A stretch of DNA of 64,000 nucleotides from Octopus sinensis (lineage: Eukaryota). Numbering within the stretch: position 1 is the first letter of the stretch; every line of letters starts with the position of its first letter. Shown piece by piece: positions 61,401-64,000 of this stretch. Both the position numbers and the translations under genes were made by a program. The stretch lies in contig NC_043009.1 of assembly GCF_006345805.1 (NCBI RefSeq), positions 71,548,001 to 71,612,000 on the forward strand, written 5' to 3'. The notes under the pieces were generated by a model. It made no database searches. It saw only the letters and a list, made by a program, of their open reading frames with translations, and had not been told where the DNA came from.

Positions 61401-62678
61401 TCAAGTTGTCCGGAAAGTTCTGAGCGTTTTTAAGCTAAATCATTTAGCGCTTCATTGAACACACCTGAAACGTAACACAGTTAAAACTTTGGCATTACTT
61501 GAAGTGGTAGAGCATCTCTTCTTTGTTCCCGACTAAAAATAGATTTATCTTTCATTCCAGTTATTCTTAATTGACATTTGAAATGGATAATAAAAAATTT
61601 CATATTCGCATTGTAATAATTTTATGTTTTAAAAATAGGGGAAAATGCTGCAAAGACTTTCAAAAACATTTATGAAGTTTGTGGTGATGATGATGATGCT
61701 GTAGGCGAATCAACTGTTGGAAGATGGTATGCAAAATTTAAAGGTGGAGAGTTTAGCTTGGAAGATAAGAGTTGCAGTGGAAGACCTTCAAAATTGGATG
61801 AAAATGTTCTGAAGCTTAAAATCGAAGAAAACTCAAATATCACAACTAGAGAACTTGCAGGGGAGCTGGAAGTTTCTAAAAGTATGGCTCATGAACACCC
61901 AGTGATGCTAAGGTACAGGTTTTGCTATAATGTATGGGTCCCTCACCAACTCTCAGAAAAGAATTGTTTGGAATGGTATTCTGTTTGTGATATGCTTTTG
62001 GAATAGAATGAAAGCCTTTTTTTGAAACAACTTGTGACTGGAGATGTAAAATGGATTATATACGAAAAAGTAATGTGAAAAAGGTCTTGGAGTTTGTATA
62101 AGGATTCCCCAAAACAGCAACCAAGGAGGAATATCCATGCCAAAAAGAGCTATGCTTTGTGTTTGGTGGGATCATAAAGGCATTATTTATGATGAACTTC
62201 TTCCACAACACCAGACCATTAATTCTGATGTTTACTGTGGTCAGCTGGCTAATTTGAACAAAAAAAAAATCAAAGAATTGAGGCCAGAAATTGCCAAGAG
62301 GAAAGGGATAGTGTTCCAACAAGACACTGCCTGACTACATGTCTTCAGCTACCCAAAGTTACATGAATTTGGCTGGGATCTCTTATCCCATCCACCATAT
62401 TCTCCTGATATTGTGCCATCTGACTACCACTTGCTTCTGTCTCTACAGAACTCATTTCAAGGAAAAACATTTAACAATTCAGATGGAGTCAAAATGCATC
62501 GAGATAACTTTTTTTCCTTCAAAAACAAATTTTATGCTGATGGAATATTTAAATTGCCAGATAGATTCTCATTAATAAAATGGAAATTATTTCATTGAAT
62601 AAAATTTATTGAAAGGTCAATTATTTATATCGCTTTTTGCATATTAAAAAATGCTCAGAACTTGCCAGACAACCAAAG
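61401..62678 (+). mobile_element. Mariner transposon fossil, full length about 1.28 kb
   Basis: TIRs AGTTGTCCGGAAAGTTCTGAGCGTTTTT and AAAAAATGCTCAGAACTTGCCAGACAACC with TA flanks; WVPHQL, TGDVKW, VWWD and HPPYSPDIVPSDY motifs. Confidence 0.9.
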
Positions 62679-62744
62679 ATATATGTATGTATGTATGTAT
62701 GTGTATATATATATATATATTTTATTAAGGGAATGTCTAGAGAC

Positions 62745-64000
62745 CGAGACCTATGGAAGTATGCTGTGCGTGAGAAGACCCAGCAAGACTAGTCAGGCCA
62801 TAACCCGTGGCCCCTACCTGGGACATAGTCAGTCCTCCTGTGCATACCTTCCTTCTTGTGACACTTATGAAGACCTGTTGAGGCAAGTGAAAATCAAATC
62901 AAAACAAATCAAAATAGATGAACATCAGTGGAATTGTATTCTTTGTGGTACCAGTGCCGGTGGCACACAAGAAAACCACCCAAACGTGGCCGTAGCCAGT
63001 ACCGCATCGACTGGCCTCCGTGCTGTGGGCACAACAAACACCATCCGATCGTGGCCGTTCGCCAGCCTCATCTGGCACCTGTGTCGGTGGCACATAAAGA
63101 CACCATCCGAAGACCCGGCGACGTAGTCAGTCCACCTGTGCATACCTTCCCTCTTATGACACTTGTGAAGACCTGTTGAGGCAAGTGTGTGACACTTGTG
63201 AAGACCTGTTGAGGCAGAGGCAAGTGTGTGACACTTGTGGAGACCTGTTGAGGCAAGTGTGTGACACTTGTGAAGACCTGTTGAGGCAAGTGAAAATCAA
63301 ATCAAATCAAACCAAATCAAAATAGATGAACATCAATGGAATTTGTATCTTTGTGGTTCCAGTACCGGTGGCACACAAGAAAACCATCCGAACGTGGCCG
63401 TAGCCAGTACCGCATCGACTGGCCTCCGTGCTGTGGGCACAACAAACACCATCTGATCGTGGCCGTTCGCCAGCCTCATCTGGCACCTGTGTCGGTGGCA
63501 CATAAAAACACCATCCGAAGACCCAGCGACGTAGTCAGTCCACCTGTGCATACCTTCCTACTTATGACACTTGTGAAGACCTGTTGAGGCAAGTGTGTGA
63601 CACCTACTTATGACACTTGTGAAGACCTGTTGAGGCAAGTGTGTGACACTTGTGTAGACCTGTTGAGGCAAGTGAAAATCAAATCAAATCAAATCAAACC
63701 AAATCAAAATAGATGAACATCAATGGAATTTGTATCTTTGTGGTACCAGTACCGTTGGCACACAAGAAAACCATCCGAACGTGGCCGTAGCCAGTACCGC
63801 ATCGACTGGCCTCTGTGACGTGGGCACATAACAAACACCATCCGATTGTGGCCATTCGCCAGCCTCATCTGGCACCTGTGTCGGTGGCACATAAAAACAC
63901 CAACCGAAGACCCGGCAAGACTAGTCAGGCCATAACCCGTGGCCCCTACTTGGGACGTAGTCAGTCCACCTGTGCATACCTTCCTTCCTTCCTGTGACAC
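62745..64000 (+). repeat. Tandem array (about 300-430-bp units with nested 33-bp subrepeats) of RTE 3' UTR sequence
   Basis: gaaaatcaaatcaaa at about 62889, 63291 and 63673; gacacttgtgaagacctgttgaggcaagtgtgt subrepeats; runs off the window end. Confidence 0.88.

Overview
Eukaryotic, extremely repeat-rich, apparently intronic or intergenic DNA. The SINE/LINE/microsatellite make-up looks like an octopus (coleoid cephalopod) genome; this is inferred from repeat style only. No host protein-coding gene can be called with confidence, and most of the supplied ORFs are microsatellite artefacts. The window is a mosaic of transposable elements: many copies of a (GAT)n-tailed RTE LINE whose RT carries an inserted C4HC3 PHD finger and whose 3' UTR is built of hairpin modules; a CR1-clade LINE; two near-identical R4/Dong-like RLE LINEs plus a third R4-like fragment, all ending in (TAA)n; Tx1/L1, second-RTE and Penelope remnants; two mariner, two maT (DD37D), one pogo and one DUF4817-type transposase fossils; and several tRNA-derived SINE families. 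The most notable non-standard structures are a hammerhead-ribozyme-like motif with a palindromic helix III (about 6.8 kb), a 157-bp-arm near-perfect hairpin (25.8-26.1 kb), a 3' stem-loop shared by a SINE and the CR1, an inverted pair of RTE fossils sharing lesions, a 4-kb 45-bp satellite, and two candidate minus-strand exons. All identities and alignments were done by eye.
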